From Verrucomicrobiia bacterium (GTDB lineage: Bacteria; Verrucomicrobiota; Verrucomicrobiia; CAIQCK01): a DNA stretch of 64,000 nt. A program made the position numbers and the translations under genes. The stretch lies in NCBI GenBank assembly GCA_041667205.1, contig JBAYFL010000015.1, forward strand, positions 83,263 to 147,262, in the 5' to 3' direction. Position 1 is the first letter of the stretch. Each line of letters opens with the position of its first letter. The notes beneath the pieces were generated by a model. The model saw only the letters and a list, made by a program, of their open reading frames with translations, made no database searches and was not told the origin of the DNA. Shown here one piece after another: positions 28,086 to 37,298 of the stretch.

Positions 28086-30827
28086 ATGCCAGCTACCAAA
28101 TCACCTGTTACCGATCCTTCCAGCGATGTGCTCCTCCGTGAGCGCGGGCCGCTCGACGCGTTTTTCGCGCCGAAGAATGTCGCCGTCATCGGCGCCACCG
28201 AGAGCCAGGGCACCGTCGGCCGCACCATTCTCTGGAACCTCATCACCAGCCAGTTCGGCGGGACCGTTTATCCTGTGAACCTGAAGCGCTCCAGCGTGCT
28301 CGGCATCAAAGCCTATCCGAACATCAAAGCCGTGCCGGACCAAGTGGATCTGGCCGTCATCATTACACCTGCCACTGCCGTGCCGGCCATCATTAACGAG
28401 TGTGTCGAGGCGAACATCAAGTCGTGCGTCATCATTTCCGCCGGCTTCAAGGAAATCGGACCGGCCGGCGCTGAGCTGGAACGCCAAGTCCTCGAAAACG
28501 CCCGCCGAGGCGGGATGCGCATCATCGGTCCGAACTGTCTCGGTGTGATGTGCCCGTTGACCGGCCTGAACGCGACGTTTGCCACCACCATTGCGCGGCC
28601 CGGCAACGTCGGTTTCCTCAGCCAGAGCGGCGCGCTTTGCACGGCGGTGCTCGACTGGAGCTTGCAGGAGAACGTCGGCTTCAGCGCGTTCATGTCCATC
28701 GGCTCGATGCTCGACGTCGGCTGGGGCGACCTCATTCATTACCTCGGCGACGATCCGCACACAAAGAGCATCGTCATTTACATGGAGTCCATCGGCGACG
28801 CCCGGTCGTTCCTGTCGGCGGCGCGCGAGGTGGCCCTCAGCAAGCCGATCATCGTCATCAAGGCCGGTCGTTCCGAGGCCGCCGCCAAGGCCGCCGCGTC
28901 GCACACCGGCTCGCTGACGGGCAGTGACGAGGTGCTCGACGCCGCGTTCCGCCGTTGCGGCGTGCTGCGCGTCAACAGCATCGCGGAGATCTTCTCGATG
29001 TCCGAGGTGCTGGCCAAGCAGCCGCGCCCGCAAGGCCCGCGCCTGACGATCCTCACCAACGCCGGCGGTCCCGGCGTGCTCGCCACCGACGCGCTCTATG
29101 CCGGCGGCGGCGAACTGGCGAAGATCTCTAAGGAGACGATCGAAGCGCTCAATCCTTTCCTGCCGGCCGCGTGGAGCCACAACAATCCCATTGACGTGAT
29201 CGGCGACGCTTCGCCGGAGCGTTACGCGAAGGCGGTGGAGGTCGTGTTGAAGGACCAAGAGAGCGACGGCCTGATGGTCGTTCTGACTCCGCAGGCAATG
29301 ACCGACCCGACGCAGACCGCGGAGCAGTTAAAGCCTTACGCGAAGATGGCCAAGCCGATTCTCGCGAGTTGGATGGGCGGCGCTGATGTAGAGGCTGGCC
29401 GCAAGATTCTGACGCGCGCTGGCATCCCGTCGTTTGATTATCCGGACACGGCGGCGCAGGCGTTCAACTTCATGTGGCGCTATGCCTACAACCTGCGCGG
29501 CATTTACGAAACGCCGAGTTTGCCGGTGGCGGGCGCGGACGACGCGCCGGACCGCGCGGCGGCCGAGGCGATCATCAGCACGGTGCGCAAGGAAGGCCGG
29601 ACCATCCTGACCGAGTTCGAGTCGAAAAAACTGCTGGCGGCCTACGGCATACCGACCGTCACCACGCTCATCGCGAAGACCGAAGCGGAAGCCGTCAAGC
29701 TGGCGGAGAAGATCGGTTACCCGATTGTGCTCAAGCTGTATTCCGAAACGATCACGCACAAGACCGATGTGGGTGGCGTGCAGTTGAACCTGCGCACGGC
29801 CGACGCGGTGAAGAAGGCGTTCCAAACGATCAAGACCTCGGTGGCCAAGAAGGCCAAGGCGAGCGACTTCCTCGGCGTGACCGTCCAGCCAATGATCAAG
29901 CTCGAAGGTTACGAGATCATCATCGGCAGCAGCCTCGACCCGCAGTTTGGCCCGGTGCTGCTGTTCGGCACGGGCGGCCAGCTCGTCGAGGTCTTCAAGG
30001 ACCGCGCGCTCGCGCTGCCGCCGCTGAACACCACGCTGGCCCGGCGCATGATGGAGCAGACGAAGATTTACACCGCGCTCAAGGGCGTCCGCGGTCGCAA
30101 GCCGGTGAACATGGCGGCGCTGGAGCAACTCATGGTTCGCTTCAGCCTGCTCGTCGTCGAGCAACCGTGGATCAAGGAGATTGACATCAACCCGCTGCTG
30201 GCCTCGCCGGAACAACTGGTGGCGCTCGACGCGCGTGTCGTCATCCACGACAAGAAGGTGAAGGAGAGCCAATTGCCCAAGCTGGCCATCCGCCCCTATC
30301 CGACGCAATACGCCAGCAAGTGGAAGACCCGCAAGGGCGTCGAGACGGTCATTCGTCCGATCCGTCCAGAGGACGAGCCGTTGATGGTGAACTTCCACAA
30401 GGCGCTGTCGGAACGCAGCGTGTATCTGCGTTACGGCCAGCCGCTGCAACTCAGCCAGCGCGTGGCCCACGAGCGGCTCACCCGCATTTGCTTCAACGAC
30501 TACGACCGCGAGATCGCGCTCGTGGTGGACCGCAAGAACGCGGCGACGGGCGAGCAGGAAATCATCGGTATCGGCCGCATGGTGAAACTGACCGGCACCA
30601 ACGTCGGCGAGTTCGTCGTCGTGGTGGGCGATGCGTGGCAGCGCCAAGGCGTGGGCAGCGAACTGCTCAAGCAGATCATTCAGATCGCCCGCGACGAGAA
30701 GCTCAGCCTGCTCAAGGCCAGGATGATGAGCGAAAACGCTGCGATGCAGACGGTGTGCAAGAAGCTCGGCTTCAAGGTCGAGCGCGGCACCGCCGAGCCG
30801 GCCGTGCGCGTCAGCCTGGAACTGTAA
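28086..30827 (+). CDS. Pat-type protein lysine acetyltransferase: ADP-forming acyl-CoA synthetase-like (CoA-binding plus ATP-grasp) domains fused to a C-terminal GNAT
   Basis: 913 aa. N-terminus [23 protein letters not shown] (CoA-binding). The central ATP-grasp region aligns to the acetate--CoA ligase (ADP-forming) beta subunit. C-terminal GNAT motif [14 protein letters not shown]. Confidence 0.75.
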   Translation: MPATKSPVTDPSSDVLLRERGPLDAFFAPKNVAVIGATESQGTVGRTILWNLITSQFGGTVYPVNLKRSSVLGIKAYPNIKAVPDQVDLAVIITPATAVPAIINECVEANIKSCVIISAGFKEIGPAGAELERQVLENARRGGMRIIGPNCLGVMCPLTGLNATFATTIARPGNVGFLSQSGALCTAVLDWSLQENVGFSAFMSIGSMLDVGWGDLIHYLGDDPHTKSIVIYMESIGDARSFLSAAREVALSKPIIVIKAGRSEAAAKAAASHTGSLTGSDEVLDAAFRRCGVLRVNSIAEIFSMSEVLAKQPRPQGPRLTILTNAGGPGVLATDALYAGGGELAKISKETIEALNPFLPAAWSHNNPIDVIGDASPERYAKAVEVVLKDQESDGLMVVLTPQAMTDPTQTAEQLKPYAKMAKPILASWMGGADVEAGRKILTRAGIPSFDYPDTAAQAFNFMWRYAYNLRGIYETPSLPVAGADDAPDRAAAEAIISTVRKEGRTILTEFESKKLLAAYGIPTVTTLIAKTEAEAVKLAEKIGYPIVLKLYSETITHKTDVGGVQLNLRTADAVKKAFQTIKTSVAKKAKASDFLGVTVQPMIKLEGYEIIIGSSLDPQFGPVLLFGTGGQLVEVFKDRALALPPLNTTLARRMMEQTKIYTALKGVRGRKPVNMAALEQLMVRFSLLVVEQPWIKEIDINPLLASPEQLVALDARVVIHDKKVKESQLPKLAIRPYPTQYASKWKTRKGVETVIRPIRPEDEPLMVNFHKALSERSVYLRYGQPLQLSQRVAHERLTRICFNDYDREIALVVDRKNAATGEQEIIGIGRMVKLTGTNVGEFVVVVGDAWQRQGVGSELLKQIIQIARDEKLSLLKARMMSENAAMQTVCKKLGFKVERGTAEPAVRVSLEL

Positions 30828-31003
30828 ACCTGTTCGTCTGCGACGACGGCAAGTTCAACGCGAACGCGCCGGGGACATCCGTCCTCGGCGCGTTCGCCAT
30901 TTCGGACCAAAACGCCGAAGCTCACCATAGCCGACTTGTCACCACTTGCTGAAAAAAACCTCGTCAGTTCCAGCCGCTGAGCGGTAAGCTGTCAGCCTTC
31001 GCT

Positions 31004-32395
31004 ATGAAAGCATCTATGCATGCTTTGGTGCGAGTTGGCTTGGCCGCGTTGCTGGCCTTGGCGGGCTTCGCGTCGACGCATGCCGCGACGGATGCAAACG
31101 CCCCCAGACTCCGCATCGCCACCTTCCGCTGCGACGCGACACCGCCGCGCGGCGAAACGCTGGTGTGGCTCGTCAAGTTGCTCAAACAGAAAGACCCGTT
31201 GTTGCTCAAAGGCGTCGTTCTGGAGGATGGCGGCAAACGCTACGTCCTCTGCGCGCTCGACTGGTGCCTGCTGTGCAACGAATCGGAGTGGTCGTTCCGC
31301 GAGACGATGGCCCGCGCGGCGGGGACTGAGCGGACGTGCGTCGCAATTCAATGCGTGCACCAGCACGTCGCGCCTTACGCCGACGAAGGCGCGCACCGGT
31401 TGCTCGATGCCGCGCCCGACTCACCGCCGCATCTGACTGCGAAGTTCCTCGACGACCTGCGCGCGCGGCTGGCCAAGGCCGTCCAGCAGGCGGTGAAACG
31501 ACTGGAACCGTTCGACCGCGTCGGCTGCGGCGAGGCGAAGGTGGACCGCGTGGCATCGGAGCGGCGGCTCAAGGGGCCGGACGGGAAGATCATCACGCGC
31601 GGCAGCGAGGGCGCGAAGAACTCGAAGCTGGCGGACATGCCGGAAGGCGACATTGACCCGATGTTGAAGACGATCACCTTCGCGCGCGGCAAGAAAGTGC
31701 TGGCGCGGCTCCATTACTATGCGACGCATCCGCAAACCGTTTCGTGCGACGGCAGCACGTCGGCAGATTTCGTCGGTTGGGCGCGCGAAGCGATGGAGCG
31801 GAAGGAGCGCGTGTTCCAGGTTTACTTCACCGGCTGCTCCGGCAACGTGACGGCCGGCAAATACAACGACTCGAAGCCGGCCGTGCGGGCCGGGCTGAAG
31901 GAACGGCTGCAAGCAGGAATGGCAGCGGCGGTCGCCGCCACGCAATTCGCACCGGCAGAACGGCTCGTCTGGCGGACGGACGCGGTGGCGCTACCTGTCC
32001 GGACCGACGCGGCATTCGTGGAACCGAGTCGCGCGTCGGTGGCGGATCCCAAGGCCCGCGAAGGACTGCGGGTGTATATGGGCGCGATGCGACTGGCCTC
32101 TGTCGAGCGCGCGAAACGGCCGTTTGAGTTAAGCTCGCTTCAGATTGGCAACATTCACGTCGTCCATCTGCCGGGCGAGCCGATGCTGGAGTTTCAGAAG
32201 TTCGCGCAACGATCCAAGCCGAATGACTTCGTGGCTGTGGCCGGCTACGGCGATTGCGGTTCGGCCTACATCTGCACGGACGCAGCTTTCGTCGAAGGGG
32301 GCTATGAGCCAGTCGCAACCAATCTGGCGCCGGGCGCCGAGCAAATAGTAAAGGCGTCCATCCGCCGATTGCTGGGCGAAGCGTCGAACAAGTGA
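31004..32395 (+). CDS. Exported hydrolase with neutral/alkaline ceramidase-like N-terminal domain (tentative)
   Basis: Signal peptide. IATFRCDATPPRGETL and ...VLCALDWCLL...VAIQCVHQHVAP resemble the ceramidase N-domain blocks (DITPP, THTHSGP). It is shorter than canonical ceramidases. Confidence 0.35.
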   Translation: MKASMHALVRVGLAALLALAGFASTHAATDANAPRLRIATFRCDATPPRGETLVWLVKLLKQKDPLLLKGVVLEDGGKRYVLCALDWCLLCNESEWSFRETMARAAGTERTCVAIQCVHQHVAPYADEGAHRLLDAAPDSPPHLTAKFLDDLRARLAKAVQQAVKRLEPFDRVGCGEAKVDRVASERRLKGPDGKIITRGSEGAKNSKLADMPEGDIDPMLKTITFARGKKVLARLHYYATHPQTVSCDGSTSADFVGWAREAMERKERVFQVYFTGCSGNVTAGKYNDSKPAVRAGLKERLQAGMAAAVAATQFAPAERLVWRTDAVALPVRTDAAFVEPSRASVADPKAREGLRVYMGAMRLASVERAKRPFELSSLQIGNIHVVHLPGEPMLEFQKFAQRSKPNDFVAVAGYGDCGSAYICTDAAFVEGGYEPVATNLAPGAEQIVKASIRRLLGEASNK

Positions 32396-32421
32396 CCCAC
32401 ACCAAACAGAATGGAGCTATC

Positions 32422-33750
32422 ATGAACGCGAACCAACCAACTCCGAATCAAGACATCACACGCCGCGCTTTCATCAAGACCAGCGGCGCAGTCGTGGCAG
32501 GACTCGCCACGGCCAAGCTGGCCACCACGGAAACGCTGGCGGCTGCCGGCGGTGCGAAGACCGTGACGGTTTCCCCGCAGAAGATCGCCGCGCTCACGCG
32601 TTGGCCACGTTACGGCGCTGCCGAGAAGAACCGGTTGCACGAGCTAATAGACAGCAACAAGTTCTACGACGAGTTGGTGCTGTTTGAAAACGAATGGAAA
32701 GACTACACCAAGGCGCCGTTCGTGAAGTGCCACGTCAACGGCTCCGCCGCGCTGACGAGCATGTATTTCGCGCTCGACCTGCCGGCCGGCAGCGAAGTGA
32801 TGGTGCCGACCTACACGTTCTTTTCCGCATGCCTGGCGATGCGCTTCTCCAACCTCGTGCCGGTCTTCATTGACGTTGACCCGAAGACGGCCTGCTTTGA
32901 CCTCGAAGACGCCAAGCGCAAGCTGACGCCGCGCGTGAAAGCGGTCGAGGCGATGCATTCGTGGGGCCTGCCGTGCGAAATGGACCTCATCTGCGATTGG
33001 GCCAAGGAGAAGGGCCTCGTGCCGCTTGAGGACTGCGCGCATGCCCACGGCGCTTCGATGAAGGGCAAGAAGATGGGCAACTGGGGCCAGATGGCCATCT
33101 ACAGTTACCAGGCCTCCAAGGTGATGCCGGCGGTCGAGGGCGGCATGGGCATGTATCAGACTCGCGAATACTACGAGCGCGGATACGCGTTCGGCCATTA
33201 CGAAGCGCCGGCGAAATTCGCCAAGGACAGCCCGGTGCGCCCCTACGAGGGCACGGGCTTCGGCCAGAAATACCGGATGCACCCGTTCGCGGCCGCCGTG
33301 GCTCGCATGCAACTTAAGGAACTGGACGCCCGCAACGCGCTCGTGGAGAAAAACGTGCGCGCGATGAACGACCGGCTGACACAGTTGCCGGGCATCGCCG
33401 AGCCGCGCTGCCGTCCAGACCAGAAGCGCGCCTACTATCACCAGAACATGCTGCTGATGGACTTCAAGAAGCTTGGCTTCACGCGCGATGCGTTGGTGAA
33501 GGCCCTGAAGGCTGAGGGCGTCAGCGCTGGCTTCTGGGATTATCCGCAGCAGCACACGCTGAAAATCTACTCTGAGGCGAAGTGGTGGCACCACGCGCCG
33601 AAGATCCCGGACAAGATGCCCGGCTGCGAATACGTCAACGCCAACCACATCTTCCTGCCGCTCTTCTACGGCGAAGCGCCGGAGTTGATCGAACAGTATG
33701 TGAAAGCATTCGAGAAGGTCTGGGCGCACCGCGACAAACTAAAGGCGTAG
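32422..33750 (+). CDS. DegT/DnrJ/EryC1/StrS-family PLP-dependent aminotransferase carrying a twin-arginine (Tat) signal peptide
   Basis: ATG at 32422 is preceded by GGAG. Tat motif TRRAFIKTSGAVVAGLATAKLA. The DegT-fold blocks GSEVMVPTYTFFS, PVFIDVD, LEDCAHAHGA and the PLP-lysine context SYQASKVMPAVEGG are all present. Confidence 0.7.
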   Translation: MNANQPTPNQDITRRAFIKTSGAVVAGLATAKLATTETLAAAGGAKTVTVSPQKIAALTRWPRYGAAEKNRLHELIDSNKFYDELVLFENEWKDYTKAPFVKCHVNGSAALTSMYFALDLPAGSEVMVPTYTFFSACLAMRFSNLVPVFIDVDPKTACFDLEDAKRKLTPRVKAVEAMHSWGLPCEMDLICDWAKEKGLVPLEDCAHAHGASMKGKKMGNWGQMAIYSYQASKVMPAVEGGMGMYQTREYYERGYAFGHYEAPAKFAKDSPVRPYEGTGFGQKYRMHPFAAAVARMQLKELDARNALVEKNVRAMNDRLTQLPGIAEPRCRPDQKRAYYHQNMLLMDFKKLGFTRDALVKALKAEGVSAGFWDYPQQHTLKIYSEAKWWHHAPKIPDKMPGCEYVNANHIFLPLFYGEAPELIEQYVKAFEKVWAHRDKLKA

Positions 33751-33862
33751 CAGCTTCAAGTGCAGCGGTCGCGCAGAGTCGCGATTGATTGAAGGAAAAC
33801 TTTCAACGAAACGCCCGGCGTTTCGGCCGTAGGAAGTGGTGTGACTCAAAGAAGAATACGTT

Positions 33863-35008
33863 ATGAAGCAACAAGAAACCGACCGCCGTGTGTCCCGTCG
33901 CGAATTCATCCAAAGCAGCGCTGCGGTGGCCGCTGGTGTCGCCGTCGGGCTGAAACCGACTTACACCATTGCCGCCGGCAATCCGAAACGCGCCGACACC
34001 AGCAGGATCCTCAACTACAATCCCGACATGGAATACCGCCTCTGCGGCAAGACCGGCTGGATGATCTCGGCCGCGTGCCTTGGCGGCCACTGGAAGCGCG
34101 TCAACAACATGGTGCCGGGATTGTTCAAAGGCCAGAGCTGGCTTAGCGCCGACGTGAACAACGCAGACTTCTGCAAGAACCGCCGCGACGTCGTCACCCG
34201 CTGCATCGAGCGCGGCATCAACTACATTGACTCCTGCACCCACAGCGAGATCGTGACTTACAGCAAGGCGCTCAAAGGCCGCCGCGACAAGATGCATCTG
34301 GGCTGGTCGTGGTATGAGCACGAGGCGCGCCGGCCGGAATTCCGCAAGGCGGAGAAGCTCATCGAGACGCTCGACGCCAGCTTCAAGGAAACCGGCGAGC
34401 AATACGTGGACCTGTGGCGGATCACCTGCATGTCCGGCGCACGCAAAGGCCCCAACGGCGAGCAACTCATGGCGCACACAGAGGAGGAATCCGCCGAGAT
34501 CGCCAAGGCGTTGGAGATTGCCAAGAAAGCCGGCAAGGCCCGCTGCACCGGCGTTTCCTCGCACGACCGGCCGTGGCTCGAATACATGATCAAGACCTTC
34601 CCGAAGCAGATGGACGCCGTGGTGACGCCCTACACCGCGAAGACGAAAGTTCTGGAGCAGGACAGCTTTTTCGAGACGGTGCAGCGGTGCAACTGTGGCT
34701 TCTTCGGCATCAAGCCGTTCGCCGACAACACCCTCTTCAAAGGCAACGGTGCGTTGGACAGCGCGACGGCGGAGGAAGACAGCCGCCTCGCCCGCCTCGC
34801 CATTCGCTACATCCTCTGCAATCCCGCCATCACCGCGCCCATCCCCGGCATGATCAACGCGCAACAGGTGGACAACGTCGCGCTCGCCGTCAAGGAACGC
34901 CGCGAACTCGATGTGAAGGAGAAGGCCGAGTTGGATGCTGCGATGGAGCTTGCGTGGACGAAACTCTCGCCTCACTACCAGTGGTTGAAGAACTGGGAGT
35001 ATGTGTGA
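33863..35008 (+). CDS. Aldo/keto reductase with Tat signal peptide
   Basis: Tat motif SRREFIQSSAAVAAGVAVG. AKR N-terminal block LCGKTGWMISAACLGG and an overall (beta/alpha)8 AKR pattern. Confidence 0.7.
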   Translation: MKQQETDRRVSRREFIQSSAAVAAGVAVGLKPTYTIAAGNPKRADTSRILNYNPDMEYRLCGKTGWMISAACLGGHWKRVNNMVPGLFKGQSWLSADVNNADFCKNRRDVVTRCIERGINYIDSCTHSEIVTYSKALKGRRDKMHLGWSWYEHEARRPEFRKAEKLIETLDASFKETGEQYVDLWRITCMSGARKGPNGEQLMAHTEEESAEIAKALEIAKKAGKARCTGVSSHDRPWLEYMIKTFPKQMDAVVTPYTAKTKVLEQDSFFETVQRCNCGFFGIKPFADNTLFKGNGALDSATAEEDSRLARLAIRYILCNPAITAPIPGMINAQQVDNVALAVKERRELDVKEKAELDAAMELAWTKLSPHYQWLKNWEYV

Positions 35009-35036
35009 TTGTGGAATGCGGCATTCAGATTGCAGA

Positions 35037-35561
35037 ATGAAGCGGTTGAGAATCGCTGTCTGCATCGTCACGATCGCGCTTGCCATGACCGTGCTGGCCG
35101 CGCCGCCGCCATTGAAGGTGGACAAGTCCGCGCCGTTGCTGCTCGACGACGCGCCTGCCGCCAAAACAGCGCCGGCTTTGCCGAGGCTCATCTGCTATGA
35201 CTGCCACGGCAACTTCCGTGAAGAGCTGCTCGCGCTCAAGCACGCGAACAACAAAATCACCTGCGTGACCTGTCACGGTGACTCGTCGGCCCACGCCAGC
35301 GACGAAGGCAACATCACGCCACCCGAAGTGATGTATGCGCGCGATGCCATTGCGAAGAAATGCCAGAGTTGCCACAAGGAGCACACCGCGTCCGCCGCCG
35401 CCGTCGCCGCCCGCCGGCAGGAGCGTGGTTTGCAGACGATGGAAGCCAAGGACATCGTTTGCACCGACTGCCACGGCAAACACCGCATGAACGTGCGGGT
35501 TATCCACTGGGACAAGAACACAGGCAAGCTTCTCGGTGGCGGGAAGAAGCGCGCGGAGTGA
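35037..35561 (+). CDS. Periplasmic tetraheme c-type cytochrome
   Basis: Signal peptide MKRLRIAVCIVTIALAMTVLAA. Four CxxCH motifs: CYDCHG, CVTCHG, CQSCHK, CTDCHG. Confidence 0.7.
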   Translation: MKRLRIAVCIVTIALAMTVLAAPPPLKVDKSAPLLLDDAPAAKTAPALPRLICYDCHGNFREELLALKHANNKITCVTCHGDSSAHASDEGNITPPEVMYARDAIAKKCQSCHKEHTASAAAVAARRQERGLQTMEAKDIVCTDCHGKHRMNVRVIHWDKNTGKLLGGGKKRAE

Positions 35562-35640
35562 TCGTTTACTGCGCCGCCTTCGCATTTCCGGCTGTCGAAA
35601 AAATTCGACGCCATTGCACGGCTCATGTAAGAAGCAGCCC

Positions 35641-36540
35641 ATGAATCCGAAAAACCTGCTGACGGAACTCTCCGCCCGGCCCCTTCTTTGCGACGGTGCC
35701 ATGGGCACCCAACTCATCGCCGCCGGCCTCGCGCCCGGCGACTGCGGTATGTTGTGGTGCATTGAGAAACCCGAAGTCGTCGAAGGCGTGCATCGCCGCT
35801 ATCGCAGCGCCGGTTGCGACCTTATCACGAGCAACTCCTTCGGTGGCTGCGTCACCAATCTAGTCTCCCATAACCTGCAATCGCGCGCCGACGAACTCAA
35901 CCGCGCCGCTGCGCAGGTCGCGGGCCGCGCGGCCGGCGAAGGCGCGTGGGTGCTCGCCGACATCGGGCCGTTCGGCGGATTTCTCGAACCTCTTGGCGAG
36001 ATGACCGCCGACGAACTGCTCAAGCTTTTCGTGCAGCAAGCCGCCGCGCTCAAGTCTGGCGGTGCCGACGCCGCGCTCGTCGAGACGATGACTGATCCAG
36101 CCGAGGTGATTGTCACAGTAAAAGCAGCGAAGCAGGTCGCCAACTGGCCCGTGATCGCGACCTACGCGTTCGACCGCGGCGACGGGAAGAATTACCGCAC
36201 AATGATGGGCACCACCGTCGAGGTGGCGATGAAGGAAACCATCGCCGCCGGCGCGGACATCGTCGGCGCCAATTGCGGGACCGCGATGAACCTCGAAGAC
36301 TACGGGCGGCTCGCCGAACAGATGGTTCGCGCCGCCGGCAAGACACCGGTCATCATCCAGCCGAACGCTGGCGCGCCGCAGAACGTTGGCGGCAAGGACA
36401 TTTATCCAGCGACTCCCGCCGAGATGGCCGCGCTGGTGCCCGTGCTGCTCAACGCCGGCGTGCGGATCATCGGCGGTTGCTGCGGCACCTCACCCGACCA
36501 CCTGCGCGCGATGGGCGAAGAGTTGCGAAAGAAATCGTAG
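35641..36540 (+). CDS. Homocysteine S-methyltransferase-domain protein
   Basis: LCDGAMGTQL N-terminus and the C-terminal GGCCGTSPDHLRAM zinc-binding motif of the Pfam S-methyl_trans family. The ORF-track N-terminal extension was rejected. Confidence 0.7.
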   Translation: MNPKNLLTELSARPLLCDGAMGTQLIAAGLAPGDCGMLWCIEKPEVVEGVHRRYRSAGCDLITSNSFGGCVTNLVSHNLQSRADELNRAAAQVAGRAAGEGAWVLADIGPFGGFLEPLGEMTADELLKLFVQQAAALKSGGADAALVETMTDPAEVIVTVKAAKQVANWPVIATYAFDRGDGKNYRTMMGTTVEVAMKETIAAGADIVGANCGTAMNLEDYGRLAEQMVRAAGKTPVIIQPNAGAPQNVGGKDIYPATPAEMAALVPVLLNAGVRIIGGCCGTSPDHLRAMGEELRKKS

Positions 36541-36635
36541 GCCAAACACTCCTGTCTGGCCCACGTCAGCGCGCGAACTCTCAACTTTTGGCGTTTCTTT
36601 GCAGCCGGCATCGCTAGAATGCGCGGCGAGAAATC

Positions 36636-37298
36636 ATGTCCGACAAGAACCAATTCAGACACCCGATGGCGGCTTACGTCGCGCCGTTTGTGACTTACCT
36701 GGTATTTTTGATGATGGAACAGGCCGGCGTTGCGTCGGTGTTCGTGCTTTATCCGATCAAGACGCTCGCCGTCGTGGCGGTGCTGGTCTGGGCGTGGCGC
36801 TGCGTGCGCGAGGATTTGCGCGAGCGGCGCGGACTGATGTTCGGCGCGCTGGTCGGCATCCTCGCACTCGGCATCTGGATCGGGCCGGAACTGCTGAAGA
36901 TAACCAAGACCGATTTCACTGTCGGCGGCTTCAACCCGACCACGCTCGACGCTCCGCGCTCCACGCTCGCGATCATCTCCCGTGTCGCTGGCGCGGTGCT
37001 GGTGGTGCCGATCATGGAGGAGCTGTTCTGGCGCGGTTGGATGATCCGCTGGTTGATAAAGCCGAATTTCCGCAGTGTGCCGCTCGGCACGTTCACGTGG
37101 GAATCGTTCGGCATCACGGTCCTGATGTTCGGCATCGAACACAACACCCTATGGCACGTCGGTATGATCACCGGCGCGCTCTACAACTGGATTCTCTACC
37201 GCACCAAATCGCTCTGGGCCTGCATCGTTGCCCATGCTGTCACCAACCTCCTGCTGGCCATCTACATCCTGGTTACCGGTAAATGGGGTTATTGGTGA
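36636..37298 (+). CDS. CPBP-family intramembrane glutamic endopeptidase (CAAX protease/Abi-like)
   Basis: The EELFWRGW, FGIEHN and HAVTNL motifs appear in the correct order within a polytopic membrane protein. Confidence 0.7.
   Translation: MSDKNQFRHPMAAYVAPFVTYLVFLMMEQAGVASVFVLYPIKTLAVVAVLVWAWRCVREDLRERRGLMFGALVGILALGIWIGPELLKITKTDFTVGGFNPTTLDAPRSTLAIISRVAGAVLVVPIMEELFWRGWMIRWLIKPNFRSVPLGTFTWESFGITVLMFGIEHNTLWHVGMITGALYNWILYRTKSLWACIVAHAVTNLLLAIYILVTGKWGYW

Noticed and set aside
26408-28086. Full prophage or ICE at the tRNA-Cys
   Set aside because: The region between the direct repeats is only about 1.15 kb and encodes no integrase, excisionase or structural genes. Beyond the tRNA the Pat gene follows immediately. 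At most this is a decayed islet.
35001-35036. Cytochrome gene start at 35001 (MCDCGMRHSDCR...) overlapping the AKR gene
   Set aside because: The signal peptide begins at the next Met (MKRLRIAVCIVT, 35037). The upstream 12 codons overlap the AKR stop and have no supporting features.
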